A DNA stretch of 64,000 nt from Patescibacteria group bacterium (GTDB taxonomy: Bacteria > Patescibacteriota > Minisyncoccia > 2-02-FULL-40-12 > IGHO2-01-FULL-4-A). Below are positions 28,388 through 38,275 of this stretch, piece after piece (the first letter of the stretch is position 1; each line of letters starts with the position of its first letter). Location of the stretch: positions 4,864 through 68,863 of the forward strand of contig JBBTSB010000006.1 of NCBI GenBank assembly GCA_038064915.1. Reading direction: 5' to 3'. The position numbers and the translations under genes were made by a program. The notes under the pieces are model-generated. The model saw nothing but the letters and a program-made list of their open reading frames with translations, searched no databases and was not told where the DNA came from.

Positions 28388-29201
28388 TCTCAAAATCCTT
28401 TAAACTCATTGGCTGTCTGCCCTCCGGTTGTAAAGTGATAATTTCATTAGGTTTGTATTCTAGTATCTTAACACGTTTTCCCTTATGTAAAAACCACAGT
28501 CCCGGCCAGTCGTGGTAGGCGCGAAATTGATTGTAAATCTCCTGTGGTGTGCGTGACCAATCAATTTTTCCATCTTCGCGATTGAGCATTTTGGTATGTG
28601 TTGCTTTGCTGTGATCCTGCGTCACCGGCTTAATTTTCCCAGCAATATAATCCGGAATTATTTTTAACAGCAATTCCGCCCCTAAATTTGCAAGTTCATC
28701 TCTTATCTCCGTATGTAATTTGTTATTTGTAATTTGATATTTGATATTTCCCACGATGGGTCCATGGTCCATTTCGCTATCCAACTCAATGATCGTCACA
28801 CCAGTCGTCTCGTCGCCATTGTAGATTGCCGTCTTGATAGGGGATGGTCCTCGGTATTTTGGTAGTAGCGACGGATGAATATTGAGAAAACCGTGCTTGG
28901 GCTTTTTGAGGAGTTTGCCCGGAATGATTTTGCCGTACACCACAACCACACCTAGATCACAATCCGGCATCTCAAAGTCCTTGAGCCGAGCGGGCTGCAA
29001 CAGGGCTAGCTTATAGCTTATAGCTTGTAGCTTCACTGCGGAAGCTTTTAACTCCTTCTTTCTTCCCGCTCTCTCATCGGGTGGCGTCACGACAGCTTTG
29101 ATATCAAAACCAGCCTCGACAAGCTTTTGAAGCACAAGAGCAGCAAAATCGTCAGTCCCGAAGAAGACGATCTTTGATGAGTGTTCCTTGAAGGTGGTCA
29201 T
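28362..29201 (-). CDS. fmt: Methionyl-tRNA formyltransferase
   Basis: IVFFGTDDFA, NIHPSLLPKYRGPSP, MDHGPI; start uncertain (overlaps def). Confidence 0.95.
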   Translation of the reverse strand: MTTFKEHSSKIVFFGTDDFAALVLQKLVEAGFDIKAVVTPPDERAGRKKELKASAVKLQAISYKLALLQPARLKDFEMPDCDLGVVVVYGKIIPGKLLKKPKHGFLNIHPSLLPKYRGPSPIKTAIYNGDETTGVTIIELDSEMDHGPIVGNIKYQITNNKLHTEIRDELANLGAELLLKIIPDYIAGKIKPVTQDHSKATHTKMLNREDGKIDWSRTPQEIYNQFRAYHDWPGLWFLHKGKRVKILEYKPNEIITLQPEGRQPMSLKDFENGYGKINT

Positions 29202-29604
29202 ATTCGTGTTGAAAAATGCGCGCGAGAAATCCGCGGGCTTTGAGCTTGATTTTATTACCGTGCTCGTCGAGCGCTTTAAGACGGACTTTTTTTGAGCGGG
29301 GGATTTGCCTCCAATAATCGGGCATACTCAAGCAGCCCTCCTCCATCTCATCCTTGTCCCGCGAAAACTCGTTCATCTCCGGATTAATGTATGCATCCGG
29401 CACCTTGTGCTCCTCGGCGATTTTTTTGTCGATAATAAAAATTTGGAGATCTTTGCCCACCTGATTTGCCGCCAGTCCCACACCCTTTGCCTCGATCATC
29501 GTCTTGCGCATCTCTTCGATCAATTCCAAAATCTCCGGCGTAATCTCTCCAACCGGTTCCAGTTTTTTATGGAGGATTTTATTGGGCTCCTTGGTGATTT
29601 GCAT
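29152..29604 (-). CDS. def: Peptide deformylase
   Basis: GVGLAANQVG, EGCLS, QHEYDHL. Confidence 0.97.
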   Translation of the reverse strand: MQITKEPNKILHKKLEPVGEITPEILELIEEMRKTMIEAKGVGLAANQVGKDLQIFIIDKKIAEEHKVPDAYINPEMNEFSRDKDEMEEGCLSMPDYWRQIPRSKKVRLKALDEHGNKIKLKARGFLARIFQHEYDHLQGTLIKDRLLRD

Positions 29605-29676
29605 CTACCAAATGTATACCATTTCTTGAAGAAAATTGACAGATCAGGTAGGATAGGGCTGCCTGGAAGGAGGAGC

Positions 29677-29898
29677 ATGGAGAAAATCACGGTAATTCGC
29701 GAAAAGGACCGGGGAATGGTCGAGTTGATTGGCGTCCCCGAGCACCGACGAGGTGAGTTGTCTCGTGTAGCGTTAGCCATTGGAGCCGAAAGGGTGGAGT
29801 ACGCTGGCAATGATCGGTGCGCCACGATTGTCTTTACCTTCGCTGGCGGAAAGAGTATCACGTCGATGGGATTGGCAACGTTCCGGGTCTCCGAGTAG
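29677..29898 (+). CDS. Small GC-rich orphan protein (73 aa)
   Basis: SD AAGGAGG, ATG at 29677; upstream promoter-like TTGA/TAGGAT elements; downstream GC hairpin. Confidence 0.6.
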   Translation: MEKITVIREKDRGMVELIGVPEHRRGELSRVALAIGAERVEYAGNDRCATIVFTFAGGKSITSMGLATFRVSE

Positions 29899-29965
29899 GA
29901 GACCACAGGGCCGCGATTACTGCAGAGGTTCACGAGATGAGCCCGAGCATCTCGCGGCCTTTGCA

Positions 29966-31303
29966 TTACACGACCGTGATTGGGTCTACGTCAATTTGCC
30001 AGTCGGGGGGGAGGTTACGCAGAAGGTTTAAAGTTTCAGGTTTAAAGTTTAAAGTGGGGGCGCTCTTCAGAAGTACATTCCAGACATAAAGTCCGCGTTC
30101 GCGGAAAATGAGGGCGGGGTAGGGGACGCCGCCGAGTTTCGTGGCCATGTTTTGTGCGACTTGTTTTGCGATTCTTGCGTCACGATTCTTATACGTAAGT
30201 TTTATGAGTTTCGTAAACGGGGGATAATCAAACTGTTTGCGGAACTCCAGCTCGCGCTTCCAAAACTCGTCTACGGTTCCCGTCGCGGCGGCTACGAGTG
30301 CCGGATCTTCGGGATTGTAGGTTTGGATGATCGTGCGTTCGGACATGGAGGCCAGGAGGAGGGTTTGTTTGAGGAGCTTCTCTTCAGCACTGTAATCAGG
30401 GATATTAATTAATGCATCTGCATTCATGATGCAGAGAAAAGGCACTTTAATGTTTTGATTAAAAATACTTTGCGTGGCAAGCAAAATTTGCCAGTCTTCA
30501 CCGATCTTCTTTGACTCCGAGGTAAGCTTCGCGATTTTTGGAGCTTTTAGATTTTGATAGTTAAAGAATTTGAGGAGTTCGGTTTCTACTTTTTCTATTC
30601 CTACGCCACGACCTTTCAAATTATATCCTTTGCACTTTGGGCATTGTTTTGGTTGTGGCACTTGGTAACCGCAATGGTGACACTCCAAATTTTGATGAAC
30701 AACTAACGATGCGGAGCAGCTGGGGCAGGTAAACATGTGGCCGCATGATTCACATCGTAGAAAATTTGCGTAGCCTTTGCGCGGGATGAAGATAATAATT
30801 TTATCGTAGGTTTGCAAAGCCTCTTTGAGATGACGAGAAAAAATAGAGTAGTTTGCATCGCGTATCTCTTTTCTCATGTCTACGATCCGTATCTCCCCCC
30901 GCCCCCTCTTATCGGTAAGAGGGGGAAGGTCCAGAATTGGACCTGGGGAGATATATTTCTTGAAGTTTTTCTCTTCTGGATGCAGGAAAACCGCTCGCAT
31001 AGTAAGACCGAGAGAGATGAGGTAGTAGTCAGAAAGCTCTTGGGCTTTTTTGATGTGCTCTCCGGTGACGTTTTTTTTGAGAACTTTATCGATTTTTTTG
31101 AGAGTAAAATCAGCCTGCTTTTTAAATTGCAGTTTGCGCTCGGCAAGTGAGGCGGAAGCGACCACGACTGCTTTGATTTTGCGATTGTGAAACAAAACCT
31201 GGACGACGGAACCAACCGGCAGGGGAGTAGAGTGGAAATAGCTCACGATTTGGGGTTGATTCCGGGGCAGGAAAACAAGGGGTATGACGTCCAAAATAAC
31301 CAT
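29966..31303 (-). CDS. priA: Primosomal protein N' lacking the first helicase lobe
   Basis: 3'-binding domain, RKGYA..LRCESCG...CPSC...CHHCG...CPKC, GVGIEKV, IIQTYNP, YPPF, IDVDP; no Walker A or DEAH. Confidence 0.88.
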   Translation of the reverse strand: MVILDVIPLVFLPRNQPQIVSYFHSTPLPVGSVVQVLFHNRKIKAVVVASASLAERKLQFKKQADFTLKKIDKVLKKNVTGEHIKKAQELSDYYLISLGLTMRAVFLHPEEKNFKKYISPGPILDLPPLTDKRGRGEIRIVDMRKEIRDANYSIFSRHLKEALQTYDKIIIFIPRKGYANFLRCESCGHMFTCPSCSASLVVHQNLECHHCGYQVPQPKQCPKCKGYNLKGRGVGIEKVETELLKFFNYQNLKAPKIAKLTSESKKIGEDWQILLATQSIFNQNIKVPFLCIMNADALINIPDYSAEEKLLKQTLLLASMSERTIIQTYNPEDPALVAAATGTVDEFWKRELEFRKQFDYPPFTKLIKLTYKNRDARIAKQVAQNMATKLGGVPYPALIFRERGLYVWNVLLKSAPTLNFKPETLNLLRNLPPDWQIDVDPITVV

Positions 31304-31317
31304 GGTATAATGCTACT

Positions 31318-32559
31318 ATGAACCCCGCAGAAATACGAGTCCGTTTTCCGCCCTCGCCCACGGGCTTTTTACACATAGGCAATATACGCACCTTTGTGTT
31401 TAATTGGCTATTTGCAAAACAAAACAAGGGCATGATTGTGCTGCGTATGGAGGATACCGATAGGGAACGGTCTGAAAAACATTTTGAAAAATTAATTATT
31501 GAGGATTTGAAGTGGCTCGGTTTGGATTATGATGAATTTGGTGGCCGCCAAAGCGAAAGAACGGACATTTACAACAAATACCTCAAGCAATTACTTGATT
31601 CGGGTGAGGCTTACGAAGATGACGGTGCAATAAAAATAAAAGTTGATACGGGTAAAACGATTATTTTTGATGATGTCATCCGAGGTCGTATAGAATTTGA
31701 TACAAAGCATGAAAAGGATTTTGTGATAGCGCGAAATCTCGACTCGCCGCTATATCACCTCGCAGTGGTAGTGGATGATTACGAAATGCGGATTTCACAT
31801 ATTATTCGTGGCGAGGATCATATTGCGAATACGGCAAAGCATATCTTACTTCAAGAGGCACTGGGATTTACTTCGCCGATCTATGCGCATTTGCCGCTGA
31901 TTCTTGGTTCTGACAAATCAAAGCTCTCCAAGCGTCATGGGGCAGTGGCACTCGATGAATATAAAGAGCAGGGCTTCCTACCTGATGCGATGTTTAATTA
32001 TCTTGCGATACTTGGCTATACGCCGTCGGCAGAAATTATTTCTCGGGAAGAACTCATCAAAGAATTTGAGCTTACCAAAATCCATAAAGCGGGCGCGGTG
32101 TTTGATATCAAGAAGCTGGAATGGATAAATGGAGAATACATAAAGAAAATGTCGAATGATGAACTGTTGGCGACGATCGGACAGAAGTATGAAAAGATAT
32201 TGCCGATGGTGCGAGAGCGGATGAAAAAAAAGAGCGATCTTGAAGAGTTTGATTTCTTCTTTGAAGCTCCGACGGTAGATCCTGAACTCTTGAAGTGGAA
32301 AAAAGCCAGCCTCGAAGAATCAAAAGCAATGCTTGCACAGGTGAAAGAAATAATAGAACAAACCGGTTTAGAAGATATACGTGCAAAATTGGATGCCATA
32401 GGGGCAGGGGATAGGGGACTCGTTTATTGGCCCTTTCGGGTGGCTTTGAGCGGCCGCAAGGCATCGCCTGATCCCGTAGATATTGCTATAATACTTGGTA
32501 AAGATGAAGTTCTGCGAAGAATTGAAAATGTAAATATCAAAGATCAAAATGACAACTAA
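31318..32559 (+). CDS. gltX: Glutamate--tRNA ligase (shortened)
   Basis: RFPPSPTGFLHIG, RGEDH, KLSKR. Confidence 0.96.
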   Translation: MNPAEIRVRFPPSPTGFLHIGNIRTFVFNWLFAKQNKGMIVLRMEDTDRERSEKHFEKLIIEDLKWLGLDYDEFGGRQSERTDIYNKYLKQLLDSGEAYEDDGAIKIKVDTGKTIIFDDVIRGRIEFDTKHEKDFVIARNLDSPLYHLAVVVDDYEMRISHIIRGEDHIANTAKHILLQEALGFTSPIYAHLPLILGSDKSKLSKRHGAVALDEYKEQGFLPDAMFNYLAILGYTPSAEIISREELIKEFELTKIHKAGAVFDIKKLEWINGEYIKKMSNDELLATIGQKYEKILPMVRERMKKKSDLEEFDFFFEAPTVDPELLKWKKASLEESKAMLAQVKEIIEQTGLEDIRAKLDAIGAGDRGLVYWPFRVALSGRKASPDPVDIAIILGKDEVLRRIENVNIKDQNDN

Positions 32560-32619
32560 AAATTCAAGAATTATTTATTTTGCACTGTCATTTTTCATTT
32601 TGATATTTGCATTTTCAAT
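32521..32619. repeat. About 100-bp AT-rich imperfect palindrome across the gltX stop and next start
   Basis: ATTGAAAATGTAAATATCAAA...TTTGATATTTGCATTTTCAAT; related half copy at 43651..43700. Confidence 0.7.
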
Positions 32620-33814
32620 TTTACCTGTGCGCGCCGATGAAATTGAGGACAAGATCGCTGAACTGCGTGAAAAAATCGAAGAGCTCACCAAACAAGCCGA
32701 AATGTATCGAGGAAATGTGCTTGAGAAACAAAAGGAAGCCGACACACTTAAGCGCCAAATTGATATTCTCAACAACCAAATCAAGCGTTTGGAAACGGAA
32801 ATCGATATCACCGAAAATCGCATTTTATCTTCAGAAATGGAGATTGGCGATCTACAGGAGAAAATTTTTGATGCACAACATGATATCGAATTCACACGAG
32901 CTACTATCGGACAAATGATGACTGACCTGGACGAAAGGGATCGACTCAATATGCTTGCCACCATCATCAAGAATCCAAATTTGTCAGGATTTACAAATGA
33001 AGCGCAGCGTGCAGAGACCCTTAATGGGCGATTGAACCAATTACTGGTTCAAATTAAAGATCAAAAGATACAGCTTGAGGAAAGGAAAAAAAGTGTTGAA
33101 CAAAAAAAAGTGGAGTTGGAAAAACTCAATGATCGCCAGGTCAACCAACGTGCCTCACTATCGGGAACTAAATCCTCCAAAAATAGACTTCTGGTCGATA
33201 CCAAGGGCCAGGAAAGTAAATATCAGCAACTATTGAGTTCTGTAGAAAAACAAAAAGCTGCATTCTTTGCCGAACTCCAGGGTATGGAAAACAGCGCAAT
33301 CGCAAACGGAACCGTTATTGTACACGTTAAAGCGACGGCCGTCCCTCCCCGTGGCACAAAAATTTTTCAGGAGCCCTATCATGATAAGTTTTATACCACC
33401 CAAGGATATGGGATGACCTCCTATGCGAAAAGGGGAGCGTATGGAGGGGCGATTCATAATGGGCGTGACGTTGCTAGCGGATGCAGTAGTGCCATATATG
33501 CGATTGGAAATGGTGTTGTGCTTGCGAGCGGATATAATGCAGGTTTTGGAAATTGGATTGCAATACGGCACGACGCTGGCGGGGGAATGGTCAGTGTGTA
33601 TGCGCACATGGTGCGTGGGACAACGCTTAGCAACGGAAAACTCGTGACTACAGAAACTGTGCTTGGCTATGAAGGCACCACCGGAACCTCTACGGGATGC
33701 CATTTGCATCTTTCCCTCTATCGAGAGTTTTTCACTTATATAAATACAAAAAACGATCAACTCTACTTCAATTACGCAAACGGATCTTTGAATCCCGTTG
33801 ACTACATTAAATAG
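32549..33814 (+). CDS. Coiled-coil M23 peptidase (EnvC/MepM-like murein hydrolase)
   Basis: Signal/TM, long coiled coil, HNGRD, YAHM, STGCHLH. Confidence 0.9.
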   Translation: MTTKNSRIIYFALSFFILIFAFSILPVRADEIEDKIAELREKIEELTKQAEMYRGNVLEKQKEADTLKRQIDILNNQIKRLETEIDITENRILSSEMEIGDLQEKIFDAQHDIEFTRATIGQMMTDLDERDRLNMLATIIKNPNLSGFTNEAQRAETLNGRLNQLLVQIKDQKIQLEERKKSVEQKKVELEKLNDRQVNQRASLSGTKSSKNRLLVDTKGQESKYQQLLSSVEKQKAAFFAELQGMENSAIANGTVIVHVKATAVPPRGTKIFQEPYHDKFYTTQGYGMTSYAKRGAYGGAIHNGRDVASGCSSAIYAIGNGVVLASGYNAGFGNWIAIRHDAGGGMVSVYAHMVRGTTLSNGKLVTTETVLGYEGTTGTSTGCHLHLSLYREFFTYINTKNDQLYFNYANGSLNPVDYIK

Positions 33815-34118
33815 ATGTGGTCTTATCTCCTACCTGTGGATAACTATTATAAAGGTTGTCGCACAATGTAGGCAGGGAAGGGGTACAAATGTCGAATGAC
33901 GAATTCCTAATGACGAATCAATTTCCTAATGTTTCAATAATTTAAACATTGATTCGACATTCATCATTCGAAATTAGTCATTGCTGGCGATCTGTACATC
34001 CTAGGTTATATCCATATCCAGTACTCACCAGCTTAGCATATGTCGCATAAGTATCATTGTGCGACGCATAGCAATAGCTCGAAACCTCTATTCCCCATCG
34101 ATGTGATACAATAGAGCG

Positions 34119-34916
34119 ATGTATTATAGAGATCTGAATGAATTCAAATCCTCCAACGGGTATGAGATAGATGGGATGTGGTACCCCAGGGTCACAGCTA
34201 TCGTGTCTATAAAGTCAAAACCAGCCCTTTATAAATTTTACGCGGATCAGAAAAGCTTTGCTTCTGCGGAAGCCATGAAAAATAAGTCTGCCGAAGAGGG
34301 AACTCTGGTCCACGAGCTTGCGGAGGGCATTTTGGCGGGGCAATCCCCTGTCATTCCAGATTCCTACGCGGCTCTTATGGACGCATTTCATGTATTTTTA
34401 CAGCAGCATGATATTGTTCCGCGCAGTATTGAGCGCAAAATCATCAGTCACAAGCATGGTTATGCAGGGACGATTGATGTACTGGCTGAAGTGGATGGGA
34501 AAATAGGTGTTTTGGATATAAAGACTTCACAGGCAATCTATCGCGACTATGGAATCCAAACGGCCGCGTATGTGGAGGCGCTTCATGAGGAAGAAAATAT
34601 GCCTTCGCTCACGCGGTGGATTTTGCGCTTGGACCAGGCGCGCCTCTGTATGAACGGTTGTGGGGCGCGGATGCGGGACAAAGGCGGGACAGAAAAAATA
34701 AAAAATGGGTATGGATATAAGGCTCGTAGTTGCAGTCACGTCTGGGGTGCATCGGTCGGCGATGTGGAACTCAAAGAACTCCCCGACCTCGCACATGATA
34801 CCCAGGCCTTCTTGGCCTCCAAAACCCTCTGGGAATGGGAACACCATGACTGGCTGCGTCATCTGCCACGTATCAACGCTGACAATTCCCTGCCAGAGAG
34901 TACCCCGCCGCTATAG
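34119..34916 (+). CDS. PD-(D/E)XK nuclease family protein (phage-exonuclease/Cas4-like)
   Basis: YPRVT, GTLVH, E..I, YAGTID, LDIKTS, Q.AAY. Confidence 0.8.
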   Translation: MYYRDLNEFKSSNGYEIDGMWYPRVTAIVSIKSKPALYKFYADQKSFASAEAMKNKSAEEGTLVHELAEGILAGQSPVIPDSYAALMDAFHVFLQQHDIVPRSIERKIISHKHGYAGTIDVLAEVDGKIGVLDIKTSQAIYRDYGIQTAAYVEALHEEENMPSLTRWILRLDQARLCMNGCGARMRDKGGTEKIKNGYGYKARSCSHVWGASVGDVELKELPDLAHDTQAFLASKTLWEWEHHDWLRHLPRINADNSLPESTPPL

Positions 34917-35247
34917 CGGCGGATTCGTTGGGGAAGGTAATTTTGTTTTTTTCGGCAATGCGCTTGGCGCCAGAGCACCAGGTAAAGTGGTAGAGGTGGC
35001 TGGAGGCGGCTTTGGAGGCAACGACAGTCTGGTCTTTAGCGGTCGGACCGCTAGATTCCGAATTAAGCGGTCCGACCGCTTGTCCGCTTGCATTCGGGCT
35101 CGAGATCGTCAGCGGTAGCTTAGCTACTTGATTCCCTACGGACATGCGGCCAAGGTTGAAGCTGATTATTGTTATGGAAATGATGGCTATGCCAAGGGTG
35201 AGTTCAGAGTGATAGACTTTGACGAATTCTTTAATCTTTGCTATCAT
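34873..35247 (-). CDS. Membrane-anchored protein with C-terminal Ada-like metal-binding domain
   Basis: TM helix; VASK..S..YHFTWC...I..KN...F....A.AAGY....C. Confidence 0.75.
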   Translation of the reverse strand: MIAKIKEFVKVYHSELTLGIAIISITIISFNLGRMSVGNQVAKLPLTISSPNASGQAVGPLNSESSGPTAKDQTVVASKAASSHLYHFTWCSGAKRIAEKNKITFPNESAAIAAGYSLAGNCQR

Positions 35248-35355
35248 ATAGTAAGTATACAATTTCTAAATACTAATATCTAATTTCTAAACAAACCTTA
35301 AATCACAAGTCCCAATTTAGAGTTTAGGATTTAGAGCTTAGAATTTTCCAGAGAT

Positions 35356-35628
35356 ATGGCACATACAAAAGCAGGTTCGACAACAAAACTCGGTCGCGAT
35401 TCGGAATCAAAACGCCTTGGCGTAAAGCTTTATGCGGGCCAAGTTGCTATTCCCGGTAATATCATCATCCGCCAGCGCGGATCGAAGTTTGTTGCCGGAA
35501 CCGGCGTACGAATAGGCAAAGATGACACCTTGTATGCCGTCAAGTCTGGAAAAGTAAATTTTACTACTCGTAAAAAGAAAAACTACGACGGCAACACGCG
35601 CACTGTCAAAGTGGTTGCAGTTGTCTGA
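35356..35628 (+). CDS. rpmA: 50S ribosomal protein L27
   Basis: [25 protein letters not shown]. Confidence 0.98.
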   Translation: MAHTKAGSTTKLGRDSESKRLGVKLYAGQVAIPGNIIIRQRGSKFVAGTGVRIGKDDTLYAVKSGKVNFTTRKKKNYDGNTRTVKVVAVV

Positions 35629-36011
35629 TGTAGTTTAAGTTCAACCTTATGCTCCCCCACTGTCTTGATCGGTTGGTCCAAGAGAACTTGATCGGACGGT
35701 ATGTTGATCGCGTGGGCGATTTTTTTTGCATCTATAGAACCGTATAAATGACCTTCTTGATTGGCACTTTCTTTGAATTCAATGACTGTATCCTTTAGTT
35801 TTTCTGCGAGCTCTTTGGCTTGAGCCATGGATCGAATATCTACTTCTTCGCGTTGTTTTTTGAGTCCCTCGGCTTCCTTGGCGACGTCACGTGTTGCCGG
35901 TTTGGCAAGCTTGTGAGGTAGCAAATAATTCCTCGCGTATCCATCGGAAACCTCTTTGATATCCCCTATTTGCGCAACCCCTTTGATATTGTGGGTGAAT
36001 AAAACCTTCAT
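35583..36011 (-). CDS. rplI: 50S ribosomal protein L9
   Basis: [30 protein letters not shown]. Confidence 0.97.
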   Translation of the reverse strand: MKVLFTHNIKGVAQIGDIKEVSDGYARNYLLPHKLAKPATRDVAKEAEGLKKQREEVDIRSMAQAKELAEKLKDTVIEFKESANQEGHLYGSIDAKKIAHAINIPSDQVLLDQPIKTVGEHKVELKLHQTTATTLTVRVLPS

Positions 36012-37186
36012 AGTGATTTGATTAATTCTAATGCTTTATCAAGTTGCGGATCGAGATCTTTTTCAAAATCTTCCTCCGTTCGTTCTACCGCGACATTGGG
36101 CTCTATTCCATTTTCATCAATGGAAGATCCATTTGGCGTAAACCACTTGGCAAACGTGATCTTTACCGATGCACCTTGGGGAAGATTAAAGATATCCTGT
36201 ACGGAGCCTTTCCCGAAAGATGTCTCCCCAACCAGGGCAATATTCCGATTGTCTCGCAATGCGCCGGCGAGAATTTCCGAAGCAGACGCAGAACCTTTGT
36301 TGATGAGAATAACCACAGGATAGTTTTTGAGAAGTGCATTTCGCTCCGTCTTGAAAATCGTTTCACTGCCACTTCCCTCTCGCTGGATTGTAACCGTTTT
36401 TCCTTCATCGAGGAAGTAGCCGGCCAAATTGACGGCAGAATCCAGAAGTCCCCCGGGATTGTTACGAAGATCTAATACGATTCGAGTTGCAGAAGACTTG
36501 GTAATTTCCACAGCTGCCTTGTGGAATTCCTCGTCAACGTTTTGATTGAAAACAAGTACTTGGAGATAGGCCACGCTGCCATTTTTGAGCTCCCATTCCA
36601 CCGCGGGGATTTTGATGGTTTCACGTGTCAGTTGAACCTCCTTGGTGGTCTTGAGTGATTCACGAAAGATCGTCAGGGTTACCGTGGTGCCCTTCGGACC
36701 ACGAATGAGTGTGACCGCTTCTTGAACCTTCATGCCTTCGGTAGATTTGTCGTCGATTTTGATAATTCTATCTCCAGCCAAAAGACCAGCGCTATACGCC
36801 GGCGTGTCTTTGATAGGCGCAATCACGGTTAGTACGTTGTCCCTCATGCCAATCTCAATACCCACACCTCCAAATGCGCCTTGGATTTGTTCCGTAAACG
36901 CCTTACTTTCAACGGGAGGGAAAAATACCGTATACGGGTCATCCAGACTGCCAACCATGCCCTCAATAGCGCCGTACACGAGGTCTTGAGTTTTGACGTT
37001 GTCTTTATCAACAAAGTTCTCATGCAGTAAATTCCAAACATGCCAAAATGTGCCGAGATCAACATCTTCGGGTTTCGTCGCGTCGAATCGTTGTTCCTCA
37101 TACCTGTCGTACGCCAATCCCCCGCCAAATCCTACGGCGAGACATATGACGATGATGATGGGAGTGAGATATTTTTTCGAGACCAC
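36008..37186 (-). CDS. ctpA: S41 C-terminal processing protease
   Basis: LDDPYT, PDZ (GVGIEI), DLRNNPGG, SASASEI, FGKGSVQ; start reassigned to GTG 37186. Confidence 0.9.
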   Translation of the reverse strand: MVSKKYLTPIIIVICLAVGFGGGLAYDRYEEQRFDATKPEDVDLGTFWHVWNLLHENFVDKDNVKTQDLVYGAIEGMVGSLDDPYTVFFPPVESKAFTEQIQGAFGGVGIEIGMRDNVLTVIAPIKDTPAYSAGLLAGDRIIKIDDKSTEGMKVQEAVTLIRGPKGTTVTLTIFRESLKTTKEVQLTRETIKIPAVEWELKNGSVAYLQVLVFNQNVDEEFHKAAVEITKSSATRIVLDLRNNPGGLLDSAVNLAGYFLDEGKTVTIQREGSGSETIFKTERNALLKNYPVVILINKGSASASEILAGALRDNRNIALVGETSFGKGSVQDIFNLPQGASVKITFAKWFTPNGSSIDENGIEPNVAVERTEEDFEKDLDPQLDKALELIKSL

Positions 37187-37890
37187 TTTTTGAAAAACTT
37201 CATGGCGCTCGCTATGTGCCATAAGGTTGTTTTGTTCCATGACGTAGATGTTCGGGGGTAATAATGATAAAAAATGGCCTGAGGATAGTAGACCACCATG
37301 TATCCATTGTGCCAAAATCTACGACACCAGTCAACGTCCTCAAAATACAAAAAATATTGTTCGTCCATGAGGCCGACTCGTTCGAGAGCATTGCCACGCA
37401 CCAGCATTGCCGCACCGAGAATCCAATCGGGAGTTTGGATCTTGTTCGGATCGGTGTCGTTCATCATAAAGTCGTCTATGACGTTTTTAAAGATCCTTCC
37501 CAAAAACGATCGACGAGCGAGAATTGTCATCGGCCGATAGAGGCGATGGTACGAGCGTTGGTGTTCGCCATTGAAATATAAAAGCTGTGGGCCCATGATG
37601 CCGATATCTTCGTGCTTGTCCATGTAGGCAAGCATTTTCTGTACGGAGCCTTCGGTAATCATAGTGTCCGGGTTGAGGATGAGGCGGTACTGGCCGGTGG
37701 TTGATCGCAGTCCGGCGTTCACCCCTCGCGCGAAACCAATGTTATTCTTAGAATTGTCTATGACGTTTACCTCGTAGTCTATCCCCTTCAGATGCTCATC
37801 CAGACGCTTCAAACAGAGCCGTAACAGCTCCGGTGTGCGATAATGGACGATAATAACGGAAAGCTTGGGTTTCTTGACAGAATCATGCAT
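37132..37890 (-). CDS. Glycosyltransferase family 2
   Basis: LSVIIVHY, NIGFARGVN, LNPD, MDEQYFLYFEDVDWC. Confidence 0.9.
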   Translation of the reverse strand: MHDSVKKPKLSVIIVHYRTPELLRLCLKRLDEHLKGIDYEVNVIDNSKNNIGFARGVNAGLRSTTGQYRLILNPDTMITEGSVQKMLAYMDKHEDIGIMGPQLLYFNGEHQRSYHRLYRPMTILARRSFLGRIFKNVIDDFMMNDTDPNKIQTPDWILGAAMLVRGNALERVGLMDEQYFLYFEDVDWCRRFWHNGYMVVYYPQAIFYHYYPRTSTSWNKTTLWHIASAMKFFKKWSRKNISLPSSSSYVSP

Positions 37891-37938
37891 GAATGACACT
37901 ATATACCATATGCCGAAGTTCGGCAAGAAGGAGGATTC

Positions 37939-38214
37939 ATGGAGAGGAGGAGGGTCAGCGAGGCATTTCGAGATTCACTCGCGACGGCCATCGGCATGAT
38001 GGTCGGAAGAGGAAATCAGGCGCGCGAGTTCGCCGATGCGCATGCTCGCATCGAGGTACTCGTCGAGCTATGCACGCCGAGCGTTATCGATGCGGAGTGT
38101 CGTCCGGACATGGCTGCCGGCCTTCGGTTCGCTGCTGCCATTCTCAAGAGCAGCGATGCCGAGATGGCAAACAAGCTGATCGAGGCGGCGAAAAACCTCG
38201 AGACCACTACCTAG
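37939..38214 (+). CDS. Small GC-rich orphan protein (91 aa, helical)
   Basis: SD AAGGAGG; TTGACA-17-CACTAT upstream; GC hairpin downstream. Confidence 0.6.
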   Translation: MERRRVSEAFRDSLATAIGMMVGRGNQAREFADAHARIEVLVELCTPSVIDAECRPDMAAGLRFAAAILKSSDAEMANKLIEAAKNLETTT

Positions 38215-38275
38215 AAAGGAGGCGCGGCATGCCGCGCGCACCGTAGTACCAGAAGCCGTGCCGAAAGGGGCGGCT

